Of a DNA stretch of 64,000 bases, positions 36,905 through 49,775 are shown piece after piece. A program made the translations under genes and the position numbers. The notes under the pieces were generated by a model. It searched no databases and was not told where the DNA came from. It was given only the letters and a program-made list of their open reading frames with translations. This DNA is from Scyliorhinus canicula. Taxonomy: Eukaryota. Location of the stretch: assembly GCF_902713615.1 (NCBI RefSeq), contig NC_052154.1:176375873-176439872 (forward strand). Reading direction: 5' to 3'. How positions within the stretch are numbered: the stretch's first letter is position 1; each line of letters opens with the position of its first letter.

Positions 36905-37690
36905 GGGTTAAATTATCTGAATCTTACTGGGTAGGAGCAGGATGGGTGTCCCACCAGCAATAGGCCAACTATACTCCAGGGGGCTCAGGAAATCCAAGAG
37001 AGATCAGCAGGCTAAAGTTCCCAGCAAGGTTTAAAAGTATGTTTCAGTTTAAAGGAGAAAGATAACTGGAGGAAAAACCCCCACTCAGACCCTCAAAATT
37101 GGGGAGGCCCCCAGGAAGCCCCACCCCCTCAGCCCCTCTACCTGGTATGGCCCCCAGGCTCGATCTCTGACAGTGCCAAACTTCCACACTGGCAATGCCA
37201 TCTGGGAACTTTGGCAATGCCCCTGCAAGCCATGCAATGCCAGGATGGCACTGTTAGGGTGGCAGGGGGCACTGTCAGGGGAGCTGGGTGGGTCTGCCAG
37301 AGTGCCAGTCTGGAGGTTCCAAGGTGCTCAGGTGCCAGTGGGAGTGCCAAGCTCCCACCTTCCTTGTCTCCAACCACAGGGGGACCTTCAATGGCCTGGG
37401 AGACCTCCCAGGTGTCGTTATGCCTGGTCCACATTTGTGTGGACCAGTACTAAATGGTGCCCTTGCAAGCTCTCCCAGGCGCAGCCATTGAATCCAGAGT
37501 GCTGGGGGAATCCGGTGAATGTATATTTAAATGAGCCTGGAGGCTCATTTAAATATATTGATCTGGACCATGCCTAGTGAGGGCGAGATCCAAGTCATGA
37601 CGCCCCGCGAGATCGGATTGCATATCTCAAGACGTTTTGAGCATCGCAAATCATAAAAGAGGTACGGCACCATCCCAACACAAAATCAGG
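36905..37690. mobile_element. GC-rich non-autonomous DNA element with TGCCA/TGGCA repeats
   Basis: Interior similar to 42550-43360, 53240-53990 and 55850-56250. Confidence 0.55.
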
Positions 37691-39110
37691 CGTGAAGAGC
37701 CTTCTGAATCACACCAATAAAATGAACAGACAGCAATGTTCTACAGTGATGCGGAGAGGCACCTCGGTGAGATGTGTCAAGTATTTGACTGAAGATAGCA
37801 GGAGACAGTATTCAAAGTGCCTCAGTTGGTATGCGTCTCTCCCGATAATGAGTTTCGAACAGCAATTTAGATAACAATCAAGTGTGAATAGCTTATGGAG
37901 GAGAAACAAATTATAGATGATTGGGAAGGTCCCTGAGATATACATATGTTAATGTATAGTCAAGGAAGTTGATGGGGGCAGACAGTCGAATACACAGAAG
38001 GCATAATCAAAAAACAACAAAGGTATAATTACCCAGACCCTGAAAAGCCAGGCCAGGCAGTTGCCATCTGGCAGCATCAGAAAGCAGAGAGGCCAGTTTC
38101 CAGCCACCAAACCTGAAGGCCACGTTAACAGCAAACCAGCTTCTAAGGCTTAGAGCCATGGCAGTGCAGTAAACCTTTGTAACAGCCATTTTAAAATACC
38201 TTCGCAGAACCAAGAAAACGACGGTTCCCAGATGTGACAATCATGCCTGCATTGTGTGGTATCTATAATTGGTATTCAATTTGGATGTTGTTTGGGGAAC
38301 AGGGGAAGTCTTACAGAGTCCACGTATCGTGGATATATTTTGTAGCAAGGGTTACATTCTATAGAGACTGTGTGCACAGCAATTCATGCATCTTAATTCT
38401 GAGTGATCGGAGCAGGGTTGGAGGGCCGAAGGGCCTGTTCCTGTGCTGCATTCTTCTTTGTTTTTTGGGTGCAGAGTAATCCTGTTTGTGTGCATTTGTC
38501 TTTTCTTAAGTTTAATAAATAGTCCTCAAGTGTTACACAATGACTTGACTATTTATTGTTGATGGGGTTTCACTTATCTCCTCACACTGAAACAAACCAA
38601 AATTATACACTTGCATAAACTGGTGCTCCAAGTTGATTTACCCCCACAGATAACATCAGCGTGTTTCCTTGACAGCTGAGCTTGAAAAGCAAGTGCATTC
38701 TTGGGCTGGAGGTATGGGACCTGCAAAAGTATCAGGTGATGTGAAAGCATTCGTCAGGAAGAATCACTGGCATTTCAATAATCACAAGGATTTCCCTACA
38801 GTGTAGGAATGACTTTAATGACCTTACACAGACAGCCAAAGCGTGTGTCCTGTTAACTAAGTGTCATGATTACTTGGTGATTCCCTCAGAGCGAAGCCTT
38901 TATTCCCTGCTGTCAAGTGTTCAGTGAACGAAAGTTGAATGCAAAAATTCTGAGTTAGGTTTTCTTTTCCATTATTGGAATGGTTTATGTTCTTATTGAG
39001 GGATTATTTTTTCGAAATAGTAAACAAGCATTGTCAGCACGGTATTGGTTTTCTGTTTTTCAGCCATTTAAGGAGAAATGGAGACTCAGGTCAGAAGATG
39101 TTGTACTTGG

Positions 39111-39391
39111 AGATGTACCATCAATTGGACTCGAGACACGATGAAGATCCAAACTGTGGCTTTAATCAGCTAGTTGTTAGCCCGGTGGTCGACGACAGAG
39201 AAAAGCCGACCGCCGGGAACTCTGGGTACTTATACCCTGCCTCGGAGGCGGGGTCTACTTGCCTCTCGACCAATTGGTGAGCAGTCACATGATTAGTCCC
39301 AGCCAATCGAACGAGAGGCACATGACCAGCCAGAGCCAATGGGAATCCAATGCTCTGCACCAATGGCAGTGCTCACATTCATACCACCACA
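39111..39391 (-). mobile_element. Solo LTR of a second Gypsy family
   Basis: 5-bp TSD CTTGG (39106-39110 / 39392-39396); reverse complement starts TGTGGTGGTATG; TATA-like and ATTAAA signals; similar to the LTR at 44759-45059. Confidence 0.85.
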
Positions 39392-41370
39392 CTTGGAAAA
39401 GTGTTATTTAATCAACATTAGTTTACTATTCATTGAAGGTGTTCTCAATGAGCCCCTACACAGTTCCATTGCTTCTTAACAGTTGCCTCAACCTTTTCCT
39501 CTTCTTGTGGTTGTTTCAATGCCACCACCTGCCTCAGCCTTTCTCTCTGACATGTTAACCTCAAGGCCTTTCTGAATAATCAAATTGCGAAAGACATTGC
39601 AGGGTACCACATATAGCAATACCATGCTGGAGTCTCACAGAAGCCATATTCCGGCATTTTAATGATTATCATTCTTACTCCTGCTCAGCGTGAATTCTGA
39701 AGTTGGTATTCCCCCAGTTAATTATTCTTACCTTAGACTGTTCTTTATTCTTTTCCACAGTCAGCCTAAAATGTCTGATACAATGATCACTGTCCCTATG
39801 CTATGATGAACTAGCAATGGGCCAGAATTCACTAGCTATTCCCTAGAATTGGCCAATAGCATAGAACTAACCTCATCACATTAGTCAGCGCATTCCTCGC
39901 TCCAGATTTACTCAGTCAGCTGATTCCTCCAGGGCCTCAGGATTTTATCGGAGTTTCCTGTGCCATAACGCCAGAGAGCGGATCAGTTAGGAGTGTTATC
40001 TGCCGTTGTGACAGATTATTGGTCGGACACTTTGTCTTTTTCTTTGTTGCTGATGCCTTATTTGATATACTTCCCATGCAACTGTTTGATCTCCGCTTCC
40101 TCTTTGAAAATAAATATCAGAAATAATGGGACATTCGTGAATTTATGCCAAACTGCTGAAACAAATTTGCATTTCAAGCTGAAGGCTTCAGGTAAATAGT
40201 GGATACCAAATGCAGGTAAAGGAAGTTCAGAACTATAGTATCTTCCGATGAAAAAAAAACTCGGCTTGCGATTAACACTCAGCTCCCCTTTTCTCAGCTG
40301 GTCTTGACAAATCAGCCCTCCTTTAAACAGTCACCTATCAAACAGGCAGAACCTGTCACTCGCAGCCCTGAATATGGTGCCTTCATTCGATTCTTACTTA
40401 CCATTAAATTCTTTACTCTGTGCATTGGAAGCACTGACATTGTGCCCTCCTCGAAACAGGGCCTGACCTTTTAAATATGTTACTGGGTTTCTAACGTGTG
40501 CTGTTAATTACCATCGTCAGCTTTCTTATCTCTTAAGAATTGTAAATTTTGAAAACTCAAATTTAGCACACGGACCACAATTTCTTGATGCATCTTATCT
40601 TTGTGGAGCCATTTGCACTCTGCTTTTGCATTCCCTGGGATGAGCGTCGGTGATGGAGCCTGAGGACACAGGTGAGTGAGGCGTGTTTGCTGAGATTACG
40701 TGAGGAACCCCCAGCAAAGGGGGCAGGGGGATCAATTTGAAAGTTAAAGGGGGCCCCTCTCCCAGCTTCCTCCGTTCCTCTTGGTGAGTGCAAGTTGAAT
40801 TTTTATCCAATAATAATTTAGAATTGGTAGTTTTAGTGTACAAGCATTAGACTGCAATGCGACACATTACAGGAAAGATTTTTAAACATGGCTCCTGGCT
40901 GTAAGTCTAGCTCTAAAATTGTTCACCTGTTCAAGCCAATGGATGTAAGGATCAGGCAGTTTCTTCGATGGTTAGCCAATCACAACACAGATAGCAAGGT
41001 GGCGAGTTGAAAATCTGACCCTTTTTTTGGAGGATTTACCAGCTTAGCCTGGGACATAAACTGACAAGAACTACGTTAATTTAAACTTTATTGAGCATTC
41101 AAATTATCCCTTAATCTAAGCTTTCATTTTGTAATTTACTCTTGTATGTGTGAAAGTAAATGTGAGTGTCTGTGGGAGGGGCAGTGTGTGCCTGTGTGTG
41201 CATGTCGGTGTGTTCATATGTGTGTGTATGCATGCGTGTATGCATATGAGTGAGTGTGAGTCTGTGGTGTGTTCATGTGTGCATTTATGTGTGGATGTGT
41301 ATGCACATGCATGCATGTGCATGTGTGTGCATGTGTGTGAGTGCATGCGTGTGTGTGTGAAAGTTGGAAT

Positions 41371-41825
41371 TTTTTTTCAAATTTAGAGTACCCAATTCTT
41401 TGGGCGGGATTCTCCCATTCCGCGGCAGAGTGTCCAGGCCGTCGTAAATGCCATCGTGTTTTACGACGACGTGAACGGGCCACTGCCAGGAGTAATTCTG
41501 GCCCTTGGTGCCGGAGTGGTTCCCGCCACTCCAGCTGCTGATCCCGGTGCGAACAGGGCGCCGCGGAATCCGCGCATGTGCAGTGGCGCCAGCGCCAATG
41601 TGCGGATGCACTATGGCCTCCTTCAACACGCCGGCCTCGACCCAACATGGCGCATGAGTGCAGGGGCCGGCGCGGAGGAACAGAGGCTGGGGGACAGAGA
41701 GGCCGGCCAATCCACCTACCTGCGCATCTCTGGGTTGTGGGGGTGAGACCCACGCAGACCCAAGGGAGAATGTGCAAACTCCAAACAGACAGTGACCCAG
41801 AACCGGGATCAAACTCGGGTCCTCG
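41371..41825 (-). mobile_element. 5'-truncated A-tailed SINE containing a MITE fragment
   Basis: TSD GAAAGTTGGAAT (41359-41370 / 41826-41837); GGGCGGGATTCTCC starts at 41402. Confidence 0.8.
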
Positions 41826-42050
41826 GAAAGTTGGAATATTTGTATTATTTTCCTGGGATCCAGTTATGAACAAGAAAAAAAATCCCATAATATAACAATC
41901 TGCTATTGGAAAATAAATCAGTCTATCCTTCTTTTATGTTTTTGGGCGTTGACAGATGCTCCTTCCCCTTTGAATTTCCAGCACTTTCTGGTTTCTTTAC
42001 AATTTCTAACATTGGAAGCCACTTTCTTTCTTTGCTGAGGTGAAAGCTAC

Positions 42051-42222
42051 AAAATGAAAATGAAATGAAAATGGCTTATTGTCACGAGTAGGCTTGTAGG
42101 TAAAGCCCCTAGTCACCACATTCCGGCGCCTGTTCGGGGAGGCTGTTACAGGAATCGAACCGTGCTGCTGGCCGGCTTGGTCTGCTTTCAAAGCCAGCGA
42201 TTTAGCCCTGTGCTAAACAGCC
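42051..42222 (-). mobile_element. Short SINE family 2, present only in duplication copy 1
   Basis: Empty site at ~46040 in copy 2. Confidence 0.85.
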
Positions 42223-43519
42223 AGTCATTATATAAAAATCTCAAAACGTGTAATAGAAATTCAACTGTAAGAGGAAGTAAAAGAAGCCTGTCACTCTATA
42301 CAACTAAGATGTAAAGTTCAACATTCTTCCTGTGTGATAGATTATTATCTTCCTTTTATGATGCATGAAACAGCACTTCCAGGTGACATTTATATGAAAT
42401 AATAATCACAGTTCTTTCCCAATATAATGACATAGATTTCAGTTGCATTTTTGCACACACAGAGCAGACTAGGAGGAATAACATGATTAAAAGTTTCTAC
42501 TTAGCAGCTTTATTACAAATATAGAAACAGAAGAAAATTAGGATCATTTAAATATTCCTGACCCCCTTGAAGCTACAATTCTCCTGGTGCCTGGGGGTCA
42601 CCAGTCCCACCGACAAGGCACCACTCAATGCTGGTCTCCACAAGCCGAGACTAGGCATGATTGCCACTCCGGTGGTCTCAGAGGCCATTAGAGCCACCGG
42701 GTAATCAGGGACAGGGCAGGACAGCTCTCTTGCACTCCTCCGGCAGTCGGGCACCTCGGAAATGCCAACCTTGCCCGCTGACAGTGCCAATCTGACACTG
42801 ACAGGATGTCCGGTAGGCACTGCTAGGGTCACTGCCTGGGTGCAAGGCTGGTAGTGACAGGATGCCCAGGTGCCAGCTTGGCACTGCCAAGGGTCGGGTC
42901 TTGAGGGGGTCCATGCCCATTATAGGGTGGGTGATGGGAGTGTATGAAGTATGAGGGGGGGTAAAATGAGGGTATGAAGCAGCTTCAAAAAGGTTGGGGG
43001 AGTGAATGGGGGGGTCCTGAAAGTAGGGGGTTCCTGAAAGAGGGGGGGGGGGCTGCCAGCAGCCCCATAGCAGGGTGTGCTCACTTGGGAGGGGGGAATA
43101 ATGTCCATGCATGCAGGGAGTGGGGTCTATGGGGGCCCTCCAGCTCACTGAGAGATTGGGGCACCCTTTTAAAATGGCCCCCGATCACTGAGGAGCCGGT
43201 CTCACCGACGAGTTCAGCTCCCCACTGCTGAAACATTTTGAAGCGTGGCCTAGGTCGGGAAGAATCTTCCCAAGACCCAAAATAATGTCCAAGTGTGGGT
43301 GAATACTGGCCTGGTTCTCACCCAAAAAGCTGATGGAAAACACCCCATCAGACATGTCCAAAATATCACTTGGATTCTTCAGCCGCGCCTGCAGCAGAGT
43401 TGCCACAGGGACAGGACAGGGAGTATATAAAGGTCCATTGACCTCAGACAGGATTTCCCAGTTGGTGGGCGGGCACTTCCATACAATCTTGCCCTTAGAC
43501 GTTCTTGGGGAGAATCATG

Positions 43520-44419
43520 CCCAAAGTATGTATTTAGTTGCTCTGCCATTTCTTTGTTCCCCATTATAAATTCCCCTGTTTCCTACTGTAAGGGACCTAC
43601 ATTTGTTTTCACCAACCTTTTTCTGTTCACTTACCTATGGAAGCTGTTACAGTCAGTTTTTATGTTCCCTGCAAGCTTACTCTCGTATTCTATTTTCTCC
43701 TTCTTAATCAGTTCCTTGGTCTTCTTCTGAAATCTAAACTGCTTCCAATCCTCAGGTCTGCTGGGTATTTTTCTGGTGAATGGATAAGCCTCTTCCTTGG
43801 ATCTAATGCTATCTCTCATTTCCCTTGTAAGCCATGGTTTGGCCACATTTCCTGTTTTTGTTGTGCTAGACAGGAATGAACAATTGTTGCAGTTCACCCA
43901 TGCGCTTTTTGAATGTTGGCCATTGCCTATTCACTGCCCTCCCTTGAAGTAACAGCGCCCAACCATCATAGCCAACAACTCACACTTCATACCATCGTGA
44001 TTTCCTTTATTTAGATTCATGGTCCTCATCTCAGCATCAACTATGTCACTCTGCATCTTGATGAAGAATTCTATCATATTATGGTTGCTGATCCCCAAAG
44101 GATCTCGCCTAAATAGATTTCCAATTATTCCTTTCTCATTACACAATACCCAATCTAGGATGGCCTGTTCTCTATCTTGTTGATTCCTCAATGTATTGGT
44201 TCAGAAAACCTCCCCATTCACAGTCCAGGAATTGCTCCTCTATGGTATATTTGCTAATTTGATTTGCCCAATCTATATGCAGATTAATGTCACCTATTAC
44301 AGAAGTTCCTTTGTCACATCCCTCTATAATTTCTAGTTCTGTGCCATTCCCAAAATCACCACTACAGTTTGGGAGTCTACATACAACCCCCACTAACTTC
44401 TTTTGTTCCTTGGTGTTTC
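43520..44419 (-). mobile_element. CR1 ORF2 fragment (duplicated)
   Basis: AILDWVLCNE, SNHNMIEF, KPWLTRE, YESKLAGNIKTD. Confidence 0.88.
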
Positions 44420-45059
44420 CCGGCACCACTGCGTAGGTCAAGCAGGACATCACAGACGCCCATTCGACTGATTGAATCGATGTGACCTACTGGTGGGCTT
44501 CTGCCTGTGGAGGGACTCTTGTGTATTTTTTTGTTCCTTGCCTGTTCCCCATTTCCCCCCCGACCCCCCGAGTTTTTACACTGTACATAGTTGCTGTTTT
44601 CTTTTTGCACATAAGTTGCGGGTCAGTGGGCAGTCATTGATGCAACGGTACGACCTAGACATCGCTAGTCATACTACCAGTCTCACGTACTCATGGGACA
44701 CGCCCCCCCCACATGTCCGCGTTTCCCCCCCCCCACTTCTTTTTCAACAAGGGGTGAATGTGGTAGTATGGCTAGGGGCATTATGGTACCTTGGAAGTGA
44801 GCTGCTACTGGTGCAGAGGACTCGCTGACCATTGGCCCGGGTAAGGCATGTGCCTCTCGCCGATTGACTGAGGAAGTCATGCGCCTCTCAGCCGATTGAC
44901 TGAGAGGTAGGTAGCTCCGCCTACAAGGCGGGATATAAGAACCCGTGCGTCCCGGCAGTCGGCCTTTCTTCTGCACGTCTGCTGCCGGGCACACATCTTG
45001 TGCATTAAAGCCTATCGTTTGGATCTGATCTACGTTTCGTGTCCATTGATTGTGCATCA
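44420..45059 (+). mobile_element. Gypsy 3' end: pol tail, 3'UTR, PPT and 3' LTR (44759-45059)
   Basis: PAPLRRSSRTSQTPIRLIESM* (44420-44485); AAGGGGTGAA PPT; TGTGGTAG...GTGCATCA LTR with TATAAG and ATTAAA. Confidence 0.88.
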
Positions 45060-48000
45060 GTGTGAGTGTGTGGTGTATTCACATGTGCATTTTTGTGTGG
45101 ATGTGCATGCATGTGCATGTGTGTGAGTGCATGCATGCGTGCGTGCGCGAGCACCTATCTCTGTGGGTGTATGCATGTGTGTGAGTGCATGTGTGTGTGT
45201 GTGAAAGTTGGAATTTAAAAATTTTTTAAAAAATTAGCGATGATCCTGTTCCTGTGTCCGTACCCCTGGTCGAAGCTAGCGGAGGCCCAGCCGGGGGTGG
45301 GGATTCCTGTCCGCTGGGCCGCGGGGGCGTTGGTGGGGCTGGGGGGGGGGGGGGGGATGCTGGGGGCAGTTGGGGTTGGGGAGTGGGGTGCTGGTGCTGG
45401 GGGGTGTGGCCGAGATCCGGCGGCTGCCAGGTCCCGTAGGTAGACCGTGTCCTGTCGGCCGTCGGGATACTCCACATATGCGTAGTGCGGATTTGTGTGG
45501 AGTAGCTGGACTCTTTGTCTTCGGGTGGGATTCTCCCATCCCGCGGCAGAGTGTCCACGCCGTCGTAAATGCCGTCGCATTATACGACGAATGTGAACGG
45601 GCCACAGCCAGGAATAATTCTGGCCCCTACAGGGTGGCGGCCTCGACCCAACATGGCACAGGAGTACAGGGGCTGGCGCAGAAGAAAAGAGACCGGAGGA
45701 CAGAGAGACTGGCCCGCCGATCGGTGGGCCCCGATCACGGGCCAGGCCGCATCGGAGGCCCCCCCCCCCAGGGTCGGAGCCCGGCGGGACTTGCCGTTTT
45801 CAAATTCGGGTCCTCGGAAAATTGGAATATTTGTATTATTTTCCTGGGATCCAATTATGAACAAGAAAAAAAATCCCATAATATAACAATCTGCTATTGG
45901 AAAATAAATCAGTCTATCCTTTTATGGTTTTGGGCATTGACAGATGCTCCTTCCCCTTTGAATTTCCAGCACTTTCTGGCTTCTTTACAATTTCTAACAT
46001 TGGCAGCCACTTTCTTTCTTAGCTGAGGTGAAAGCTACAAAATTCAACCAGTCATTATATAAAAATCTCAAAACGTGTAATTCAACTGTAAGAGGAAGTA
46101 AAAGAAGCCTGTCACTCTATACAACAAAGATGTAAAGTTCAACATTCTTCCTGTGTGATAGATTATTATCTTTTATGATGCATGAAACAGCACTTCCAGG
46201 TGACATTTATATGAAATAATAATCACAGTTCTTTCCTAATATAATGACATAGATTTCAGTTGAATTTTTGCACACACAGAGCAGACTAGGAGGAATAACA
46301 TGATTAAAAGTTTCTACGTAGCAGCTTTATTACAAATATAGAAACAGAGGAAAAGTAGGATCATTTAAATATTCCTGACCCCCTTGAAGCTACAATTCTC
46401 CTGGTGCCTGGGGGTCACCAGCCCCACCGACAAGGCACCACTCAATGCTGGTCTCCACAAGCCGAGACTAGGCACGATTGCCACTCCGGTGGTCTCAGAG
46501 GCCATTAGAGCCACCGGGTAGTCAGGGACAGGGCAGGACAGCTCTCTTGTCCTCCTCCTGCAGTCGGGCACCTTGGAAATGCCAACCTTGCCCGCTGACA
46601 GTGCCAATCTGACACTGACAGCATGTCCGGTAGGCACTGCTAGGGTGCTAGGGTCACTGCCTGGGTGCAAGGCTGGTAGTGACAGGATGCCCAGGTACCA
46701 GGTTGGCACTGCCAATGGTCAGGGTCCATGCCCATTAAAGGGTGGGTGATGGGAGTGTATGAAGTATGAGGGGTAGTAAAATGAGGGTATGAAGCAGCTT
46801 CAAAAAGGTTGGGGGAGTGAATGGGGGGGGGGGTCCTGAAAGTAGGGGGTTCCTGAAAGAGGAGGGGGTCTGCCAGCAGCCCCATAGCAGGGTGTGCTCA
46901 CTTGGGAGGGGGGAATAATGTCCATGCATGCAGGGAGTGGGGTCTATGGGGGCCCTCCAGCTCACTGAAAGATTGGGGCACCCTTTTAAAATGGCCCCCG
47001 ATCACTGAGGAGCCGGTCCCACCGACGCGTTCAGCTCCCCACTGCTGAAATATTTTGAAGCCTGGCCTAGGCCGGGAAGAACCTTCCCAAGACCCAAAAT
47101 AATGTCCAAGTGTGGGTGAATACTGGCCTGGTTCTCACCCAAAAAGCTGATGGAAAACACCCCACCAGACGTGTCCAAAATATCACTTGGATTCTTCAGC
47201 CGCGCCTGCAGCAGAGATGCCACAGGGACAGGACAGGGAGTATATAAAGGTCCATTGACCTCAGACAGGATTTCTCAGTGGGTGGGCGGGCACTTCCGTA
47301 CAATCTTGCACTTAGACGTTCTTGGGGAGAATCATGCCCAAAGTATGTATTTAGTTGCTCTGCCATTTCTTTGTTCCCCATTATAAATTCCCCTGTTTCC
47401 TACTGTAAGGGACCTACATTTGTCTTCACCAACCTTTTTCTGTTCACTTACCTATAGAAGCTGTTACAGTCAGTTTTTATGTTCCCTGCAAGCTTACTCT
47501 CGTATTCTATTTTCTCCTGCTTAATCAGTTCCTTGGTCTTCTTCTGAAATCTAAACTGCTTCCAATCCTCAGGTCTGCTGGGTATTTTTCTGGCCAGTGG
47601 ATAAGCCTCTTCCTTGGATCTAATGCTATCTCTCATTTCCCTTGTAAGCCATGGTTTGGCCACATTTCCTGTTTTTGTTGTGCTAGACAGGAATGAACAA
47701 TTGTTGCAGTTCACCCATGCGCTTTTTGAATGTTGGCCATTGCCTATTCACTGCCCTCCCTTGCAGTAACAGCCCCCAACCATCATAGCCAACAACTCAC
47801 ACCTCATACCATCGTGATTTCCTTTATTTAGATTCATGGTCCTCATCTCAGCATCAACTATGTCACTCTGCATCTTGATGAAGAATTCTATCATATTATG
47901 GTTGCTGATCCCCAAAGGATCTCACCTAAATAGATTGCCAATTATTCCTTTCTCATTACACAATACCCAATCTAGGATGGCCTGTTCTCTATCTTGTTGA

Positions 48001-48236
48001 TTCCTCAATGTATTGGTTCAGAAAACCTCTCCATTCACAGTCCAGGAATTGCTCCTCTATGGTATTTCTGCTAATTTGATTTGCCCAATCTATATGCAGA
48101 TTACTGTCACCTATTACAGAAGTTCCTTTGTCGCATCCCTCTATAATTTCTTGTTCTGTGCCATTCCCAAAATCACCACTACAGTTTGGGAGTCTATATA
48201 CAACCCCCACTAACTTTTTTTGTTCCTTGGTGTTTC
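45060..48236. repeat. Tandem segmental duplication, copy 2
   Basis: Colinear with 41254-44419. Confidence 0.92.
45237..45517 (-). mobile_element. Inverted Gypsy integrase C-terminal fragment
   Basis: RVQLLHTNPHYAYVEYPDGRQDTVYLRDLAAAG followed by a proline-rich linker. Confidence 0.8.
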
Positions 48237-49700
48237 TCAGCTTGACTCACACTGATTCAACATCGTGAGAGCTAATGTCCTTCCTCACTATTGCATTAAT
48301 TTCATCTTTAACCAGCAATGCCACCCAACTACCTTTTCCTTTTTGTCTGTCCTTTCTAAATAGTAAATTTCTCTGTATGTTCAATTCCCATCTCTGGTCA
48401 CCTTACAACGATGTTGCTGTAATCACAACTATATCATATCCATTTCCATCTATTTGTATGTTTAATTCATTCAATTTATTGTGAATGCTCGCACATTAAG
48501 ATACAAACCCTTAAGGCTTGTATTTTTAACATTCCTTGTCCCGTTCCCATTATTTTTCACTGCTGTCCCGTTTGATTCTGGTCTCTCATTTCTCTTGCCA
48601 TTGCTTCTCTTATTTCTCACTTTGTTTTTTTCTGAGTTTCCCCTCCTCTGGCTCCTTGCACAGCCCCCCCCCCCCCCCCACCCCCCCCCCCTTCCCCCCC
48701 GCCATTTTAGGTTCAACAGTCCCCAAACACTCGAGCAAATATTTCCCAGTCCAGCTCCTACTCAAGAGTAACCCGTACAGTTTGTACCGGCCCCACCTCT
48801 CCCAGAACCTGTCCAATGTCCCAGGAATCTGAAACCCTCCCCCTTGCACAATCTCTTCAGCCACCTATTCATCATAATTAACCTGTTATTTCTGCTCTGA
48901 CTATCATGTGGCCCTGGTAGTAATCCTGGAATCACTATCTTTAAGGTCCTACTTTTCAACTTTCTTTCTAACGCTCCATGTTATGATTTTAGGCCCTCGT
49001 CCCTTTTTATTTGTTGTTTGTACCATTGTGTAACATGACCACTGGCTGTTCACCCTCCCCCTCCATAACGTTCTTTATTTGCTCTGAGACATCCTTGACC
49101 AGAGAGGCAACATACCATCGTGGAGTCTCATTTGCTGCCATAGAATCCCCTATCTATTCTCATTATAACTACATTTCCAACTATTGGATTCCCACAATTT
49201 TTGCTCCTCCCTTGTGCAGCAGAGCCAACCATGCAGTATCAGACTGCGGTGTGATCACCTCTCTCTATTTTCTGTCCACAATACTCTCCACCATGTGGAT
49301 GCTCCACAGTGTCATCAGCGACAGAACCAGTTCTGAAATCCAGGCTGCCAGGAGCTGCAGCTGGAGACACTTGCTGACCCCGGGCATTGGAAATGTCCCA
49401 GCTCCCACATACTGCAGGAGGAGCACTCCTCCCATTTCTTACCCCTTTAAATTAAACTTTCTGGAAAATACTTAAAACAAAATCACTCTTGGGCCTTTCT
49501 TCCCTAGGTCTTGTTACGATAGAATATGACCCTTAAAAACTATAGACCACAAAATGTAGACTTTGCAAACTATAAGCATTAAAAGTAGTAAAAACTTACC
49601 CGACCGTACTTACCCAATCAGATACTTCCACTTGCTCTGCATTACTTTTGAATCCTGACATCACCTCAGGAGCTCCAAACTCTAAACTAGCACTCCACTC
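47340..49700 (-). mobile_element. 5' half of a CR1 LINE: ORF1 with SGNH esterase-like domain and ORF2 APE endonuclease
   Basis: KSRTLKIVIPGLLP..MNRWLKRLCKGEGFRF..WERWGRYKLYGLLL (esterase); KGLYLNVR (APE start); GVVYRLPN. Confidence 0.85.
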
Positions 49701-49775
49701 GCAGTCTCTCTCTTTCATTTGCGCTTTTATCTCCCCAACTCTACTCTGAGTCTCTCTCTTTTTTTTGCTCTTTTA

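Larger units (their letters stand above)
41254..44419. repeat. Tandem segmental duplication, copy 1
   Basis: Colinear and highly similar to 45060-48236 across unique AT-rich DNA, a DNA element and CR1. Confidence 0.92.

Noticed and set aside
37947-38654. Possible old LTR (TGTTA..TAACA, AATAAA)
   Set aside because: No TSD; ends cannot be verified without a database search.
41214-41888. 224-aa minus-strand ORF
   Set aside because: Reads through SINE, MITE and (CA)n repeat; a chance fusion.
45370-46026. 218-aa plus-strand ORF
   Set aside because: Antisense to the Gypsy fragment and through GC-rich MITE sequence.
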